The notes under the pieces were generated by a model that worked only from the letters and a program-made list of their open reading frames with translations, did no database searches and was not told where the DNA came from. A stretch of DNA of 60,616 nucleotides, filler included, from Sphacelaria rigidula (lineage: Eukaryota): NCBI GenBank assembly GCA_964200075.2. It is 10 parts of 10 records of this genome, joined end to end, with 100 filler letters (N's around TTAATTAATTAA, not from the genome) between each part and the next. Parts side by side here need not be neighbours in the genome. Positions count along the whole stretch, not along the records: positions 1 to 5,972 come from CAXNAA020023098.1; positions 6,073 to 12,044 come from CAXNAA020023099.1; 8 more parts are not named here. One strand, given 5' to 3'. This document shows positions 1 to 12,144 of this stretch, piece after piece. Within the stretch, counting starts at the first letter, position 1. The number at the start of each line of letters is the position of its first letter. Both the position numbers and the translations under genes were made by a program.

Positions 1-1160
1 AGCGTGATCGGCTCCGACCACTCGCCACGGACCTGTCCACGTGGACATCAACTTTGGCGTCACACCTTGCCTCTGAACACGGGCATACAATACGAAACCA
101 CCAACTGCACACTTGGGCAACACCGCCTGCCCCTGAGCAAACTTGTGTTTGGTTTTGCAAGACACCGCGACAGCAGCTTGCACTTCGTTACAAAACTGCG
201 CTTGCTCGTCAACCACGCCTCGAACCTTGCCACGCAACGAATCAGCCACAGTAGCTTGGCCGAAAGTCGTAGAAAAAGAATGAACACCGTCGCCGACTGT
301 TTTGCGCTGCGCGGTACGAATGGCGTCTAAAGAGGGCAGCGAGTTATCGGCATTACGCCGACTGTACACGGCAACATAGCGGACAGACACGGTAGGAACC
401 TTCATCAAGCGAGACACCGAATCTCCCCAAAAAATGTGCTCTCCAGGAATGTGTTCACTGACATACCGATATTGTTGTTAAGCTCCCAGCAACTCCCGCC
501 TGTCTTCGTGGCTTGGCATCACCCCCGGGGGCTGTTCCACTTGCGCGTTCACCGCCTGATAGTCGCTGTCCAAACGGACTGTGTTCTTCTTCGGCACCGC
601 CATCGCCGGACTCGCCCACACAGCCCGAATATTCCTAACCAACAAACCAAATGCCACCAATACTGCGATGCATGAAGTAAGCCACACGGTCTTCACCGGA
701 TCGTAGCGTCTGGGCTTGGCCTTCACCGCATTTGCCTGAGGCTTAAGCTGCACCCTCATGGGCTCAACGCGCGCTGGCGGAGAACCACGCAGCGCACGGC
801 AAAATGTATCTACGCGACGAGGCAAAATATTGCGCAGACAATGTGCGCCATCGGCGCTTAGGCCCTTCTGCTCGACCTGCCGCACACTATCCTCAAGTGC
901 ACGCTCCCGTGCACTTCTCTCCTCTGCTAGGTCTATGAACATATCAGGCCCCCGATCGATCAGCAGGAGCTTCCTCCTCATTTTCGCTCTGGAATGGTCG
1001 TATGGATGCGATCATACGCCTTGCAGCAAGGTAACTGGGGTTTTCCACGCCGGTTTGCACCGGCACAGCACCCGGGCGTAACTTCTCCAACGCCAGCTGA
1101 TATAGATCACTTCCAAGCCCCTTCATCGTCGCCAGACAACATCGCAAGACCACCGAGCAG
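1..1160 (-). mobile_element. Internally deleted Ty3/Gypsy pol remnant: protease end, RT N-terminus, RNase H end, integrase C-terminal GPY/F region
   Basis: ORF 478..981 has RT N-terminal motifs (VEPMRVQLKP, AKPRRY, WASPAMAVPKK, RLDSDYQAVN). About 400-475 reads QYRYVSEHIPGEHIFWGDSVSR (RNase H end). 1-120 reads GGFVLYARVQRQGVTPKLMSTWTGPWRVV (post-integrase GPY/F-type). Confidence 0.85.
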
Positions 1161-1900
1161 GGACAAAATTAGGGACAAGTCAACAACCAAGAGAAAAAAG
1201 CAGGCGTACATCAGTTTCCGTGTTAGCCCATCTTCCTCTATTCATCGTAAGTCGGGTACAAAGTGGGCCATTCTCAGGGTCATCTTTATCCTGGATTCCT
1301 CGCGAGCTGTTGCCGCTGTCATGTCAGCGGTGGCAGCTCTCCGTTACGCTGATCTCGACGCAGCAGCCTCTCGTTTGTGACAGGGGTCCGATTTGCCTTT
1401 GTTTTCGCGTCATAATGTGTCCTCGAACGCTTCCACCCCTTCCTCGACTCCAAGATGGAATTTGTCCATGCTTTTCGTCACAGTGACCCAGTTGTTGGTG
1501 TCATTAACCTCCACACCGTAAGCACACCATTTATGTTCTACTCCTTCGCGGGGGAGGGCCCGAAGTTCTCGTAGGATCTCCTGGACGTTGCCTCCATGTA
1601 TGGGGGGGGGCGGTCAGCCTCCCTGGGTCCTTGTGCGGCTAACGGTCCGTGCATGACGCGTTCTGGACGACGTGTTTCGTCCTGCCTGGCAAGGACCCCC
1701 CGCGAACCACAGTTGACGCTTGCGGATTGTCGTTTCGACGCGTTCGCCGTTTGTCAACTCGAGCACAGCTCTGTACGAAATACTCCCATAGCTCGTTCGG
1801 TCTTTCGTGCGGAGTTCAACCACTCGCAATAGAAGCGTGTGGTGAGCGATGCGCAGAGCGTCGAATTTTTGGAACGCAGCATCCACATAGCCTATACTTA
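1160..1900 (-). mobile_element. 5'-truncated, decayed RTE-like non-LTR retrotransposon 3' end
   Basis: Reads FDALRIAHHTLLLRVV..ISYRAVLELTNGERVETTIRKRQLWFAG, then after frameshifts LVRQDETRRPERVMHG and KWCAYGVEVNDTNNWVTVTK. This is the typical RTE C-terminus downstream of RT, followed by a T-rich tail. Confidence 0.75.
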
Positions 1901-4890
1901 CAAGGGGGCTTCCACCACCTCCGCTTAATGCAGTCGTATTTTCAACCATATATGGGCGTTGCGTCGATACATGCACGAGGGAAAAGTTGTTCAAAACTTG
2001 CACAACACTTACGTACCATTGACTATATCGCTCGAAACTGGCAAAATACTCAACGATACCAGTGGAAGTTGTTCCATACCAGCACAAGATTTGCCTACGT
2101 ATGGGGAACTTGTTTGAAACTGATTTGTTCTAGGTATCTCACGTACACATTTAGTGAAATGCGCGTATGTTTTATGTTCCGTTCGGCCGTTCGTATGAAA
2201 TGTTCCCTGCTTTGAGTTCCGGTCCTGGCGCCGTGCGGCGTTCCCTCTTATTCTATGGGATAATAGCCTGCAGGGAGCATCCGACAGGCTCAAGTGGTTT
2301 GATGTCAGCACGAAACTCAAGCAGTCCAACGGGATCGAGTAAACTGAAAGTCCACAATTTAGCCGTCAGCATACCGATTTCATGTGCTTTCTTTGAATAT
2401 GTAGGGTTATGAAGAGCTCATTACCAAGTGATATGCTTATATATAACAGCACACTTCGTATGATTATGGTCCTCGTGGCTTGCATAGACCTCAGGTTTAA
2501 GTGTATTAACCTCATACATCTATTATTCGTGGAATCCTCACGGCGTTCCTGCCCAGGACGCGTTCTGGGTCTCCTTGTCGTTTTAGTCCGTTTACCCTTC
2601 CGTCGATGGTGTACTTCCGGAGGTATGTATCGAGGTATGCTTCACCCCATCGTCGGAGATGACGTGGTCTTCTCCGGATCCTTTGGAATCAGATTTAACA
2701 CCAGCAGTGAACCGTGTTCTGTAGCAAAATGGACCCATTCCGTGGTGTCATTCTTGACGGGCATGATATCATCGTGGATATTATTTTTCATCATGCAGTC
2801 GCAGAATCAAAACATATGAGAAAAACGATGCTGTGAAAATTGTCGTATCAGTCATCGTCTGTTATAAGGAATTGCACGGGCCCTCTTCACTGCGCCATAA
2901 GTCATGTCCACTTCTTCCGCAGTCACGATAGCAAGCAAAGCCTTGAACCTCAACTTCGGTAAAGAGTATCATCGTGCCTCGAAGGTCAACGACGACTTGG
3001 CTGTCCACATGATTCTCTCACCCCGCCGTCCACCACCATTTGAAACACGTCGTTGATCTCGTCGCGCGTTGTGTGGTATACCTCGGTTGCTGCAAGACTG
3101 GCGCAAAATAAATGTAGGTTTACCGTTGTCTTCATCACTTCCGATGCTGTCCTGTCGTACTCGGAACCCTGGGGTTGAGATTCCCGCAGGACATCTCGAA
3201 TATTGATGGCATCGAGATCTCGTGGTGGTCTTGCTGGCGGGACGGGGTTTTTTTATCCCAACCGCCACGCGTCCTAGTCTCACTTTCACAGCGAAATGCC
3301 ATTTTTTGTTGCCCGCTGCAGATTACACCATCACTACCCTCCCCCAGCCCCACCCCCTTCATTGTTATCCTTTTTAAACGTCTTTGTCCTAACTCGCGTT
3401 TTGCTTGTTTCGCCAGAGGAGGATTCGACGACTGCTTCAACAACCATGGGGGTCACCAGTCATGTTCGACCTGCGATGATGCTACCGTCCGATGCAAACC
3501 AGCGCTCCGGCGACGGTCCGAAGGAGGTTGCGTCGGCCCCCAAACGTTTAGACAGAGGGGTCTCGCTGAGTAAGGCGTCAATAGTACACCATTTCAGTTG
3601 ATGCACAAGTCGCCAGGGGAGATATACCTCGAGTCGACTGTGCAGTGTTCACATTATGTTGCTGTGTTACTTGTAGCGACGAGATTAGTGTGTGACCAGC
3701 GAACTCGTTCATCAACGATACGCTGACAGCCTTGTCGCAATGCCCCATCATGGGGTGTGTGCCAAGTCGGCCGCACAGCGGCAAGGGATAATTCACGTCG
3801 ATGATGATGTCAACGACGGCGATGGCGACGATGGCAACAGCTCATGACAACGACAGTCGTCATCGTTCGTCCTCCGTATCATGATCAAGATAATGTTATA
3901 GGGAGACTTGAAGCAGATGGTCGAAGTCGAACTTCAACCAGTATGTTGATAGCTGTGATTGCATAGCGCGAACGCTGTTGCCAGGGCGGAGTTTCCCAGT
4001 GCAATGGCGAAAGCGCACACTGAAATGGTCGTATCGTGGCCTATTCACGAAATACTAGTAGATAGACACCACGTCTGTGCGTGTGTTTTAACGGGTGATC
4101 GATGTAGCGCGCGCGGGTTTCTGGCACGAGGTGGTGAGGATGTACTCTTCAATGACTTTCTTCAAGAGAAACGCTTCTCAGGTGCGAAGGTGACTGTAGT
4201 GTCAGCGTAAGGTACTAGTACTACAAAGAAGGTACATGCGGTCCCCTCCACTTCAACACGCCCAGGCACTCGAGAACGCGGGAGTAGCATATGAACCATT
4301 TCACGGCCAAGTAGTGTCAATGTTCAAGTTGCGGTCGAGGAATTTCGGGCCTAATGCATATCGCCGAAAGACGAACAGGAGTAGACGAGAAAGTGTGAGA
4401 GCATCTTCACGAGTGCAATATCTGAGCGTGCTGTTCACGATAGGATATAACACGCGGAAACGTTGTGTGCATACTGGTAGTTGGTAATCTCTACTTCCAA
4501 GTTGTTTTGAATAGTAATAGGGTACCACCGGGGATATTTTTTATCCGAAAGAAATAGGAAAGCTGTGCCGTTTTTGGGGTTTTCCGCAAGGTGCAAAGAG
4601 TTGTGTACGACACCGTACGAGTAGTGGGGCGACAGCCTTTGTGGGAGTGGAAGGTTGCGCGCGGCGGGAGGATGACGTACCGACCGCACTCGGGATGTAG
4701 ATGCACAATGATACCGTTCACGACTATAAACTATGCGAATGTCGCCCATGCGAGTCGGTTTCATCTTTCACTTTTTGCGTAAAATAATGGCTCACCGTAA
4801 GGGAGGAGCTGAGTGTCTGTAAGGGTCGGGTAGCGTTAGCTAATGTGATCGGTAAGCAAGAGTGTGCATTACATCAACGTAGGACCACGT

Positions 4891-5279
4891 TGTCACGAGG
4901 TTGTAAGGCTTTATCACAGAATCTCTCACTGTAGTGCAGGAACACACCAAGCACAGCAGTGCAATCACTTGTCTGGGGTACAACTCGTGACGGGTTCACG
5001 CACAATAGGTTGATAACTACTTGACTCAAGGCTCTTGTTCAAGATATGCTCTTTGTCTTGCTCACTTTCTTCTTGCTCAATGCTTTTCCACGCTTATGTC
5101 TCACCAATCAGGCAACAGTCAGATGCTCTTTCCTGGGGAGCTCAGCAGTGACTCCCATGTGCTGTCTCAGGCTCTAATGATACCCTTTTATAGGTGTACA
5201 CACTATATCTGACCCTCCGATCAGACCCGTTATCCAAAATCCAAACATCGAAAGATCGATGCTGCTTGTCTTCATGACA
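4891..5279 (-). repeat. 3' LTR (389 bp) of a minus-strand Gypsy element
   Basis: Inverted termini TGTCACGA (4891) and TCATGACA (5279). On the minus strand the purine tract GGAGAGGCGAA lies directly before TGTCATGA, and TATAAAAG occurs at 5192-5185. Confidence 0.75.
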
Positions 5280-5290
5280 TTCGCCTCTCC
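5280..5290 (-). promoter_or_regulatory. Polypurine tract (PPT) of an LTR retrotransposon
   Basis: Minus strand GGAGAGGCGAA abuts the LTR start TG. Confidence 0.65.
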
Positions 5291-5972
5291 AGATCAACCT
5301 CTATCGCAGTTGCGAAAAAAAAGAGCCCCAGAAAGCAGCTAAGATGGAGGTTTTTCTCCTCGTAAGTCATGAAAAGACCAAAACAAATAACAGCATTCAA
5401 GGCACAGAGGGCAGCAAGCCCGACTTTCCCACACCTCGAACAACAAAATAAGTGGAAACGGCTACGGAAAGCGTAAGCACACTTGACGACGCAGAAGCAC
5501 ACGATGCTTCTGTGGGCTAGCGACTTCTACGGAAAAAACAAAACATGTTTTGCCGCGCTAGCCAAACCAGAGGGCAGAGACGTAACAGTAATGCAGTGCC
5601 TGCTAAGGGGCAGCTGAACAGAAGAAAAAAAAACAAAGAACAACTCCAGCAAACTCCAGCAAATTCCAGCAAACTCCGGCAAATTCCAGCAGCGGGGAAC
5701 GAAGGTGGCGAACATGCAGAAAGAAGGCTCCAGGGGCGGAAGACGCTGAAGGTGTTCGGGTAGCGAGAAGCAGAGCCGCATTCCGCGCGAGGGGTCGCCG
5801 ACGGATGATGGAACAAGGTCGCCTGAGGTCAAGGTGGGGGAGGTAAACTGTGTGGCAGCAACACAGGCAAAGAAGGAGAAAGAGAAAGGTTGGGAAGTCG
5901 ACCGAGGCAAGAAATAAAAACTCAAAGTGGCGCGTGGACATCGTGTGTGCGATCGATGTTGCGTTGGATGCC
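5291..5972 (-). mobile_element. Gypsy 3' UTR with the last pol codons
   Basis: The contig edge translates GIQRNIDRTHDVHAPL*, similar to the pol end at ~17680-17731 (AVLWNTDTAWDADNS*). The UTR is T-rich on the element strand, as at 17750-18116, and contains a 10-bp tandem repeat (AAACTCCAGC-type x5, 5641-5690). Confidence 0.6.
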
Positions 5973-6072
5973 NNNNNNNNNNNNNNNNNNNNNNNNNNNN
6001 NNNNNNNNNNNNNNNNTTAATTAATTAANNNNNNNNNNNNNNNNNNNNNNNNNNNNNNNNNNNNNNNNNNNN
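5973..6072. other. Artificial 100-bp contig linker
   Basis: N44-TTAATTAATTAA-N44 (stop codons in all six frames). Confidence 0.98.
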
Positions 6073-9000
6073 ACCTCAGCGAGTTGTTCAAGAGCTCCGT
6101 GATCTGTATAGATGTGGAAAGGCACGTGGAACAAGTACTGTCGAAGCCGTTTAATAGCCCAAGTTATGACTCCGCCTTCTAGTTCGAGTGGACTCCAATT
6201 TGCCTCGTTTGGGAGGGTTGCGCGGCTGATGTACAAAATAGGTCGGACAGAGCCATCCAGTTGAGGCTGATTCAAAACTGCGCCGAACCCATCTATGCTA
6301 GCATCGGTGTGTAGTTGGAAAAGACGTGAGCCGTCTTGTACCGCATCCCAATCCGAAAAACAAAGAACCGCTTTTTCGGTCAGTGTTTTGAGCAATTCGC
6401 GGACGGTAGCTTCCAAACCTTTTGTGAAGACAAACGGGACGTTTTTCTTCAATAAATCGGTGATGGGCTGGATCCGCGTGGACAAGTTGAGCAAAAAATT
6501 GCGATAATAAGAAAGTCCGCCCAACAGCGAGCGAAGCTGCGAAATATTGGTGGGCATGGGCATATCAGCCATAGCCTTGACCTTGTTCGTGTCTGGGTGT
6601 AATCCAGCAGGGGAGATAGAGAGTCCCAAAAATCCAATTCAGTCGCTCCGAGTCGAGCTTTGGATGGAAACAATTTCAAGTCGTGTGTACGCAAGCGGGA
6701 GAGGAATTCCCGTAGAGTGCTAACGCGTTGCATGAGGCGTTGAAAGCAGCCAGGTGCTATGGCAGCGCCTTGTGGTATACGAAGCCATTCATAAAGCCCT
6801 GAAGATGTACAGAACGCTGTAAGGGGAACTGTATCGGGGTGAATTGCATTTTGGAAAAATCCAGATGCTAGATCGAAAGTGCTGAATATTTTTCCTTCGC
6901 CGAGAGAGTCGAAGACTTCGTCGATGCGAGGTATGGGGATTTTTCCCACGACAGGGACGCGATTCAGCCGTTTGTAATTCACGGTGATGCGCATATTGCC
7001 ATCTTTTTGGGGGACGACCACGAGGGGTGAGGCCCATGGCGAAGACGAGTGTTGAATCAGACCAGCCCCAAAGTATGCATCCAAAATAGCATGGACGTTT
7101 TTGGTGAGGAGGGGATTCGTTCGATATAGTCAAGATGAGATGGGCGAAACGCCATGTTGCAGGGTTATTTCAAATGGCAATGTTCTACAATGCCCGAGAT
7201 CCATCTCGGATCGGGAAAACCTGTCTTGGTGTTCCAGGAGAACATCGTGTAACTCTTGGATGACAGTGGGCTCCCAGCCTGGACCATGTAGGTCGAAATG
7301 GATATCACGCAAATGAGGTGGAAGTTGGTTCCACATTTGCAGGAAGTGTTCCCGAGACTCGACCGATAAGCGTTGAAGCACTTCATCAGGAGGTTTAGCA
7401 GGTGGTCGGTTGGATTCCACCGCAGAAATCCGAGTCGGGAGTGAGGGGGATAGATCAAAGTATGGCTCATCAATGGAGTGAACAGAACCATCAGTCGGCG
7501 GTGTGGGATCAGGCGCCGGAGGGTCGGCGACACAGGTATCTAGAGGATTATGCATAAGAGGAGCCGCGGCGATGCCCAAGACATCGTCAGGTTCCAAATT
7601 AGCGTGGCCTGCGAGAGGCAGAAGTTGTTCGCCGTCCGAGACAAAATGCTCGTTGCCAGCGAGCGCACCAACTTCAGGCAGCAATTCCGCAAGGTAGCGA
7701 CCGGTGAGGGCAGGCATACCGTTGCGGCGAACAATCAGAACTTCCAAGAGCTGAGGCTCGTCGGAAAGGGTGACACCAAAACTGCCATTGTACCGAAGGT
7801 GGTAAGCCGTTCCGGTACCCTGCTCATTATTTTTGTAGGCTAAGGCATCACTGAGGGTACCAAAGTGTTCTAGTTGGAGTTCTCCACGAGGCGCCAACTG
7901 AGGCGATAATAGTGGGAGGGTGTGGTACGTACGTTGGTCGAACCGCATGTAGCTATCTCTGCCAAGGAGGAGAGCATGGTGCATGGTGCTATCAGGGACG
8001 ATGCAAGCCTAGACTGCGAGACTAGCCGAACGTGTATCATTGTGGGAAAATTGCACACTAAGACGAACAGATTTTCGTGTCGTCAAAGGTGTGTTGGGGT
8101 CGCCGAAACCGTCCCAAAGCGAGGTTAGGTGGTGATTTCGCAGACATCGGAAGCAGCGCTAGTCTGCTTTATATGCTTCCACATGGATTCCTTGATGAGT
8201 GTCTGTGGACTACCGCTGTCTAACAACAAGACGCACTTGGCGCGCGCGGTGGCGTAAGGGCCGCAGTGTAATGCTACGCGGGTAGTAAAGGTGGCAGGAT
8301 CAACGGACACCTTACCACCGACGAGGTCAGGACCATGTTCAGATAACGTGACTTGGTCAGGATCAGTCGGACTGACCGTGAAGACGGATGGCGGGTGATC
8401 CGCGGGGGGTTCAAAGGTATCGGTAGACAGCGCGGGGTTGTGATCCGATCGTGAAGGGCAGCGTGGATCAGGATTTTGATCAGTCTCGTAGATGACTGGC
8501 TTGGAAATACAAGGGTCATCACTGAAGAGAGATTGCTGCGAAGTGCCACGGGTGACATCAGTGGAGGATGCGGTACCGTCTGAAAGGTCCGATTCGGATT
8601 CCTCTTGGATGCCTGGCAATGTAATCGAGCACAAAGTCGCTGCTTTTGGGGGAGAATGAGGTCGGAATTTTCCGCTGGCGGGAGGGGGACGTGTCAATGC
8701 CCGCGCTTTTCTGGGGGCATGACGACGAGGCTTCCTCTCGTGCCGTGACGAATGGCTGGGAACTTCAAAGACTTCTTGGGAAACTGCAACTGCGTCCAGT
8801 TGAGGTGATGTTTTCAGCATCGGGGCATGCTCGGCCGAAAGTTGTGGACTGTCCGTTGGCAAGCTCGGTACAAAGGGCACTGTTAAATGTGAAAGGGGAC
8901 GAGTGTTGTCCGCTGTATGTCGGGGTAGTTTCGCGGCAGAAGGGTGGCGCGAAGAACGACTGCGATCAGGCTGGGTAGGAGTCGAAGGATTTGAAGTGGT

Positions 9001-9351
9001 CAGTTTCAAACCATAAACACCAGAACCAGTTGAAGGAAGTCTGCTACAACCGGTGCGTGCGGTCGTTGAGGGAAGCCTGTGCCTTACGGGTCCGCGGTCG
9101 GTTTTCCCACACCTCAGATTTTTACTTAGTTCCGGAGGACCAAGTCTGGAGCCGAGCATAGAGCTGGGTGGTGGGTCAACACAACGGTTACGCTGTGCGT
9201 ATGAAGATAAATACGAGGGTCGAGAAGAACGGCCGTCATTAGATCTCCTACATAGTGTTGAAGAGTTTGGGTGAGAACGTTTTGTCACCCGAGCGGCGGT
9301 GTGTGTTGGATGAGTCTTCGATTCTGCTATCGGTGGTGCCGAAGACTTCAC
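6073..9351 (-). pseudogene. pol: Pol (protease, RT lacking YLDD, RNase H) of family A
   Basis: Protease DSG, RT and RNase H motifs are present but spread over frameshifted ORFs. Confidence 0.9.
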
Positions 9352-9573
9352 GCCGTCGTCGGCGTGTCATGGTTCGTTACGATCCGTCTTAAAAGAACCA
9401 GGGTTTCTGGCATTGAGGTTTGAGTTGTCGTGACTCGGACCCGTTCGCTGGTGATGACCATGCGAAGACTGAGAAGGGCGGAAATAACAATCTTTATGGC
9501 GAGTACCTGAGACGGTGGTGGTGGTGTGGCGGCGGTCGCAATTTAAGCGAGAGTCGCTATGATTGTGGTAAGA

Positions 9574-12044
9574 CTAGCGATGGTGGCGAGATGGTGTACG
9601 ATTCTCGCGCATGCGTTTTTGCCATCGGCGCCACGCCGGCCCGTTGCTCTGAAGTTCAGGGTTCATGAGCGAAAAAGTATTGATGCAAGGTTCAAGGCAG
9701 TCACGCATACTGTGACCAGTACCATTGCAGTCGATGCATATGTTAGCATGGCGACGAAAAGCATCTTTGCGAGCCGAAGGTGAAAGCAAGGGGGTCCACA
9801 AATGTGGGTCATCTGTGATGAAAGCAGTTGTCGCAACGACAAAAGTTTCTGCCGAATAAGGTCAAGCGTCGAAGCTTGCTCGGAACGGGTCTTTGTTGCT
9901 ATGAACAGACATCACCGATTCACCGACAGAGTTGGGTGTCCAAGTATTACTGGACAAGGTGTGATTGCGTCCACGAGACCCGGAGGCACTCGTGGATGCG
10001 GCACGCAAGGTCTGCGAAGACCCGGAAGAACACTGTGTGCCACAAATGGCAGGCGTTAAATTATGTTCTTGATCTACAAACGCAGTCCACATCGCGTCTA
10101 CAGAGGCGTAAGGCACCTCTTTGTGCGCCAGAGCGCCCGGAAACAGAGACGGCATCAGCGTCGGAAATTGCTGAGCGATACTATTGCGAACATACGTCTG
10201 ACACATAGTATCGCTAGGGCCATTCTGTCGGCCAGTACCAGTCACACTAGACACTAAAAGCTTGAAATCGCGTAAGTAATCAGCAAAGGGTACGTCCGTT
10301 GCCACAGCGAAGGAGCTGAGGCGCTTGATGGTGCCGGTCTGATCGGACTTATCAAAGTAATTTATGATACGCCTTTCCAAATTGCCGAATAGCAGCGGCG
10401 CTGTTTGCCCGCCGGCACACTCTTGATCCATGGCGTGGAAGAAGGAGCCGAGAATCTGCGTCAAGGAAGCAGCGATGTCACGGCAACGGTGGCTGATTGA
10501 GCGATGCAAAGCCTCATGTAACGGGGTTTGCCATCCATCAATCCAGTCAGGGTCTTCAAAACGTTGTTGTCCAGTTGCGTCGGCCAACTCAAGGATGTTG
10601 CGCATAGTTCGACGCATTGAGGAAATGAGAGCGGATGTAAACTGACCAGAATCCTCACCATCTGCAGCAGGCATGGTTTGGATATGCCATAGTTTCTTAA
10701 CATCCATCTGTAAGTACTCACGCTTGATAGCAGCGACACGGGATGCCTCTCTACGAGTATCGGAGGCGGCTTCATCAGCGGAAGCTCGTTGTATGGCTGC
10801 GGCGGCGGCAGCTAATGACCGAGCCGAGGCAGAAGACAATGGGCGAGCCAAATTGTCACCATCACTATCCATAAGACCTAGAAGGCGAGCAGACGCAGCT
10901 GCTAGAGGAGGCGTTACTTGCCTGACGGCCGGTGAGGGCCGAGCGGATCGCGTTGAAGCGTATTGGCGGTGTCTTGATGTAGATGAGCTCGATGACTGGT
11001 TGCCAGAGCGCTTATGACTGCCCCGGGTGGTACGGCGACCGTTGTTGATGTTCTTACGGTGAGCTCCTTGTCCTCGGCGTGGTTCGGCCCCGGGTTGGTC
11101 GTCGTCGAAGTCGCCATCATCACGGCGGTGATGAAAGGGGTGGGGTGTGGTCCAGTCGTCATCGTCGGGTGTTAGCGTGTTGTGGGCGGCACGCATAGCG
11201 TTAAAGAGGGCAGCGACGGCGGTTTCGTAGGTGGGACGATTCTCCCCGGTACCGATCGTTAGGTACAGTACAAGTCGCTCGATGGTGAGGGCGCCCCGGT
11301 CGTTGTTAGGCAGTTGTCCCCCTTGCAGAAGGAAGGGGATGATCACCCTGTTTACGGGCAATGTGAGCGAGTACCAAGCCTGCACGGAGGCGCGGAGAAC
11401 GTTGTTGCGGCGATATTTGCCCGAAAGTTGACGGAGCGTCAAGGAAAGCCAAGAACGTTCGCTGTCCTGAAGGCGGAGCCAAGGTGTGAGGGCAGTGGGC
11501 GTTGAGGCCTGAGGGACCTGCGGTGGTGCTGGTGGAGTGCGCGCACGCGAGGCTGTAGGAGCGGCAGCAACAGCGTATGTACGCGAGGGCTGGCGAGTCT
11601 CCGCTGAGCCTGAAATTGCAGAAGGAGGTGCAGGCGCTGGCGCTGTGGGCGTTGTCCTCAGAAGAGGAAGATGTTGCTCCTGTTCCAAGGAGCGAAAAGC
11701 CGTGGTGGCGGCGGCCGTGGCCGCAGTACATTGGCGAAGACGTTCTTCGTCGCGCGCAATGGAGTCACGCAATTTGTCGAGCGCTGCGAGACGTTCAGTC
11801 AAAGTTTGTTGAGCCGCCCGATGGCGGCTGGACGCCGAGTCGACGGCTTGGCGTTGGCGCGCGATGCGTGCTGTGAGATCGTTGAGAAGTAGATGAGTAG
11901 CGGCGTCACCCGCCGTGTCGCGGGGTGAGGGTGGCGCAGGGGGCGTGTCCGGTTGCAGTGCTCGGTATTCAGCGAGGATTTGCTCCTGATCGGAGCGGGG
12001 ACCACGCAACCAGAGCCGGGGCAGGAGGCCCGGCGGGCAATGCT
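9574..12044 (-). pseudogene. gag: Gag polyprotein of family A with a premature TGA at 9862-9864
   Basis: ORFs 9862..12009 and 9574..9801 share a frame. The interrupting TGA aligns with Trp in the family B copy (FDA*PY vs FPSWPF). Confidence 0.8.
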
Positions 12045-12144
12045 NNNNNNNNNNNNNNNNNNNNNNNNNNNNNNNNNNNNNNNNNNNNTTAATTAATTAA
12101 NNNNNNNNNNNNNNNNNNNNNNNNNNNNNNNNNNNNNNNNNNNN
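12045..12144. other. Artificial 100-bp contig linker
   Basis: N44-TTAATTAATTAA-N44. Confidence 0.98.

Larger units (their letters stand above)
6073..12044 (-). mobile_element. Ty3/Gypsy retrotransposon (family A): gag-protease-RT-RNase H, decayed
   Basis: Gag-like 715-aa ORF 9862..12009 with N-terminal coiled coil; CCHC knuckle CIDCNGTGHSMRDC in the same frame (9574..9801); protease LLLDSGS (8125..9351, same frame); LLGRDS (7130..7984); RT WASPLVVV, FSTFDLASGFFQ, PQG (6449..7084); RNase H LHTDAS, ELEG, YTDH (6073..6629). Several stops and frameshifts. Confidence 0.95.

Noticed and set aside
1376..1482. TGTGAC...GTCACA as a short LTR
   Set aside because: The RTE reading frame (NWVTVTKSMDKFHLGVEEG..HKREAA) runs through both ends, so the match is coincidental.
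1900..4500. Minus-strand coding-like fragments
   Set aside because: Many stops and no recognisable motif; probably an old relic that I cannot assign.
6017..6028. TTAATTAATTAA as piggyBac sites or a biological repeat
   Set aside because: Identical synthetic linker centred in every 100-bp gap.
4891..12044. One continuous element joining the LTR to family A gag-pol
   Set aside because: A contig linker separates them and the integrase is missing; adjacency comes from length sorting.
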